Below are positions 60,321-64,000 of a stretch of 64,000 nucleotides of DNA, in pieces. Position numbers and translations under genes: made by a program. Under the pieces are notes generated by a model. The model was not told the DNA's origin, did no database searches, and was given only the letters and a program-made list of their open reading frames with translations. The DNA is from Haliotis rubra (lineage: Eukaryota), in contig NW_025767525.1 in the NCBI RefSeq assembly GCF_003918875.1, positions 124,001 to 188,000 on the forward strand. The letters are read 5' to 3'. How positions within the stretch are numbered: the stretch's first letter is position 1; each line of letters opens with the position of its first letter.

Positions 60321-61119
60321 ACCTATCTGTTTATCTGTATGTCAAGGCCTCAGTAAAACTTTCAAGACGCTTTATTGTAGACATACCATACGTTCCCGAA
60401 TTACTTCTGGTGAACAATTGACTAGACTTATAGCATATGTTTATGACGGGTGCCACCGGTGTGGCAGGATACGCTCAATTTCGCGAACACCTGTTATCAT
60501 CGCTGTTTGATAGTAATTCATAAACACATGCTCTGTCATCGTATCGCATGGTGACAATCACTGGATTGTCTGGTTCAATTTGTTTACAAACAACATATTA
60601 CAGCTGTAATACTGCTGAAACAAAAACCTGCTCATGATATAGTCACAATTCTACAATCGACTCTGCTTTTAGTAGAGATTTCTTATAGATGTGGGCAGGG
60701 TTTTGTCGCCTCTATTTACACGGCTGGCTTTATTTGTAAGGTTACGACTCCTATTTCGCGAAAAAAACTTTGAAAGTGTAAATCCATACTTAAGTTTGTT
60801 TCGAGAAATCGGAGCCTGCTTACCTTAGACCTTCTGCAATGTATACACACTATATATTTTGTTGCCTTAAGCAGTACACCTCCCATCCTCGAAACGGGGT
60901 ATTCTCAGGGCGTCGACTCTCCAAAATGTCCCATTCGTAGGAATGTGACCTCCAGTTTGTCTTTGATGTTTGATGTTGTTATAACATGGGATTAACAAGG
61001 GACTGCCGTCAGTGGGTCATCTCAAAGTGACTACAGGCCCTGACTGGCAACGAACAGTGTTCATTCCAATCAACTCAGAGATTACATGCAGGTATTAATG
61101 TGTAGCTGGCTTTATGTAT

Positions 61120-61490
61120 AGAATCTTCCCTGGTACCACTGGAAGGGCTGTTTTTTCCATTTTGCTCAGTGTGTGGAGGGGAAAACCCAACACTTCGGCC
61201 TCCAGGTAGACTACAACCAGAATCCTGAAATCACCCGGTCCGTGCGACACTGTGCACTGCCTTTGGTTCCATCGGCAAGACCCATCTAAACGTCTTCGAG
61301 CTCACCCGGTTCCTGGCATCTGAACAAAAGAACGAGATCCATCTGGTCCAGTATGCCGCTGGTCAACGCCTCCCTCCCAAGAAAAAGAAGTATCAGGACG
61401 TCCAGAGAAGACTCGGCAACTTGAAAGACATGCTACGGAGGGGACACTTCGCTGATGCTGCCTCCCACATCTTGAAACTCCAGTAATGTC
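61120..61490 (+). mobile_element. MULE/Mutator transposase relic
   Basis: From 61146: GCFFHFAQCVEGKTQHFGLQVDYNQNPEITRSVRHCALPLVP, containing the CxxH motif. Confidence 0.6.
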
Positions 61491-62497
61491 CATTGAATCT
61501 ACTGCTGAATTGTACATTTTATGCTGTCTGCTTTGTTAATAAAATGCCCATTAACAGATATCTTTGTTGGTTATATAAACCCCCAGCCAACCAACAATAA
61601 CAACAACCCCCCACCCCACCCCCAACACAGGGAATTAAATCGTTAAACTCACACTGACTGTCAATTGTTGTGTATAATTGGCTACTGGTTGCATTCGCAG
61701 GAAGGGGACCTGCTGTTTTCATGGTTTGTTTTTATACGACTCGAGGAGTCGTCGTCCTGCGAATGAACCATCGAATCCCCCCGTTTAATCCCCGAATTAG
61801 CAAAACACGTAACCAGTCAGCATGGGAATTTTGTGAAGGACGACCCTTACTGGTCAGTTGAATCAGAAAACTCACAGAATAGAAAGTTATATGAAGGAGA
61901 TTTTACGTGCGCTTTCCGACATGATGCGTATTTCGCCCAGCCACTGAGTGCTAAATAGAAAGACGTGCTATTATGACCGAAATTGAGAGCAATCTTTTGG
62001 GGAGGTCGGTAGGGTTGCATATTAATTTTTGTATGAATATTGAATTTGGAAACTTGTAGGGGTACTTTGGTTTATGTTGGGTTTTTTTAGATTGTGTAGT
62101 TTTTGTGTTTTAGATAGGTATTTGTGGGACAATATGTGGCCAAAAATCAGAAAAAATATTTTAGGTGTGAAGGTTTGGGTGCTATTTAGTGGGCTTAAGA
62201 GTGTGTGTGGTTCTAAGTGTGTGTTAATGTTAAGTGAGCTCTGGAGCACCATTCTGTATTGTTTGTAGTATGTAGTGTAGTAGGACGTTGGGTTTTTTCT
62301 GGTCGGTTGTTATGTGTGCATTTGTCCGTTCGATGTTTTGTTTTCAGTATTATGTAGATGGAAATTTAATTGTGTAAAATGTATGGTATGATTTCGTTTT
62401 ATCATAACGCTGTGTTTAAGTGAACTTCTGGGAGTTTTAGAGCCGCCGCAACATGCAAGACGCAGGTAAATCCTGTTTAAGAATGTATTTATATATA

Positions 62498-63976
62498 CAT
62501 CTAAACGTTAATTAAGCACCACCCACTTTTTCAGAAAAGTTCAACATTCAAATCATGAAAAGTGCAATTTCCTGTCTGACTCAATGTAAAGAGGATTGAT
62601 TTTGCTGAAGGGATGTCCTGCACTATCACTACACAGAAAACAAAGCCGATGATTATCTTTGATACCAATTTATTGGAGTTATGCGAATAAGCGTCAAAAC
62701 GACCATTTCATTAGGCCTGAAAAGTATCACTGTCCAGTCCATACTGGTATCTGCAATGTCAAACGTTCAACTTAAATATGCTTGTTGTCATCATGGCTAT
62801 CTCTAGAAACTGTTTAGTCAGTATCGGGAGTATCCACCTCTAACACGAATCACATTTTCAAGACGCCTTCTCATGCTTGAAATGAGACGTCTGATTCTAA
62901 GCATCGGGATTCTCTGCCACTCATCGTGAAGAGCCTGTTGCAGTTCATCCATATTCTGCACAGGAGGATCTCTGGCTCTCACTTGGCGCCCAAGATAATC
63001 CCATAAATGCTCTATGGGATTAAGATCCGGGCTTTTGGCTGGCCATGGAATAGTGTCAATAGCATTGTTCCTCAAATGATCGACTACTGCTCTGGCACGA
63101 TGAGGCCTGGCGTTATCATCCATGAACAGGGGACGACTGGCAAGTGTGTGATTGTCAAAATGGGGTATTACGGCAACATCCAAGATGTCACGTTGATAAC
63201 GTTGTCCGTTTAACGTTCCCGGTACTGTGATTAGGTCCAGCTTGCAGTCGTAGGACACACAACCCCCCACAATCACTGAGCCACCGCCACCGTTGGTTCA
63301 ATCATTTCCGGGTTATAAGCTTCATTGCGGCGGCACCAGACACGGCTGCGGCCGTCAGTGACGTGCAAAAGGTAACGACTTCCGTCCGACCAATGGACTC
63401 TGCGCCAGTATCAGAGATTGTGGTTTTGCCTTAACCTGCACCACGCCAGGCGTTCTTGCATGTGTCTGTCAGTGCGTCTGGCTAAGCAAATTAAGGCCCT
63501 GTCGTCACGAGCACTAGTTTTTCTTGGACGTCCAGGTCTGGGTCGGTCTTTGACGTCTCCAGTTTGCCCGTGCTTTCGTACCAGTCGGCTAACAATGGTG
63601 TGATTGAGATTCAAATTGATACCAATTTGACGGCATGATAAACCGGTTTCATGCATGCCAATGATTCTCCATCGTAGGTTCTCGGATAGCCTACATCTCG
63701 GCATGTTGTATTGGAACAGTACAATAAGATCTGTTGCTTCAACATTCACATTTCAGCCACCAAGTATCAAACAACAATACTGTGTTTTCAGTCGAAAGAC
63801 CCTGTGCATGTGTATCGAGCACGTCATCTTCTGTATTGCGCAGTTTATGTCTGCGATACGTGTGATGCACGGGCAATACAGGCATATAGCATACTGTGAA
63901 ATTTCATTATCCATACTTGACACTAATTGATAATATTTACTTTTGAATTTGGTGGTGCTTAATTAACATTTAGCTG
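62498..63976 (-). mobile_element. Tc1 (DD34E) transposon, near full length, disrupted transposase
   Basis: TIRs catctaaacgttaattaagcaccacc / ggtggtgcttaattaacatttagctg in TA repeats. ORFs 63411-63749 (HTH, DRPRPGRPRKTS) and 62818-63276 (DDNARPH...SPDLNPIEHLW, with 34 residues between D and E). Confidence 0.93.
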
Positions 63977-64000
63977 TATATATATAGAGAGAGAACCAAT

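Noticed and set aside
60320-60400. Hammerhead ribozyme expected near the Penelope fragments
   Set aside because: Could not find a CUGAUGA...GAAA core with supporting helices by eye; needs an Infernal search.

Overview
Eukaryotic, intron-rich and repeat-rich DNA. It is most likely a gastropod mollusc such as abalone, inferred only from the SINE families. Almost none of the listed ORFs are real genes; the genes below were assembled by hand from GT-AG exons. (1) The last five exons of NCKAP1/Hem-2/kette (+, 5088-12333). (2) A convergent CD225/dispanin-like membrane-protein gene (-, 18038-19585) with an NRF1-type promoter motif. (3) A tandem array of five 4-exon paralogues (A-E, +, 26343-57618). 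Each encodes a secreted protein of about 165-174 aa: signal peptide, 10-Cys IGFBP-N-like domain, conserved Lys-Arg site, then a thyroglobulin type-1 domain. Copy D is an E/C chimera made by a ~7-8 kb segmental duplication, carries a +1 frameshift, and has an exon 3 far more diverged than the intron next to it. The rest is three SINE families, four Tc1-type relics, hAT and Harbinger-like MITEs, Penelope, MULE, LINE and Crypton-like fragments, several minisatellites and two 130-N gaps. The IGFBP-N/thyroglobulin cluster is the best candidate for an undescribed system. Family names come from motif recognition, not from database searches.
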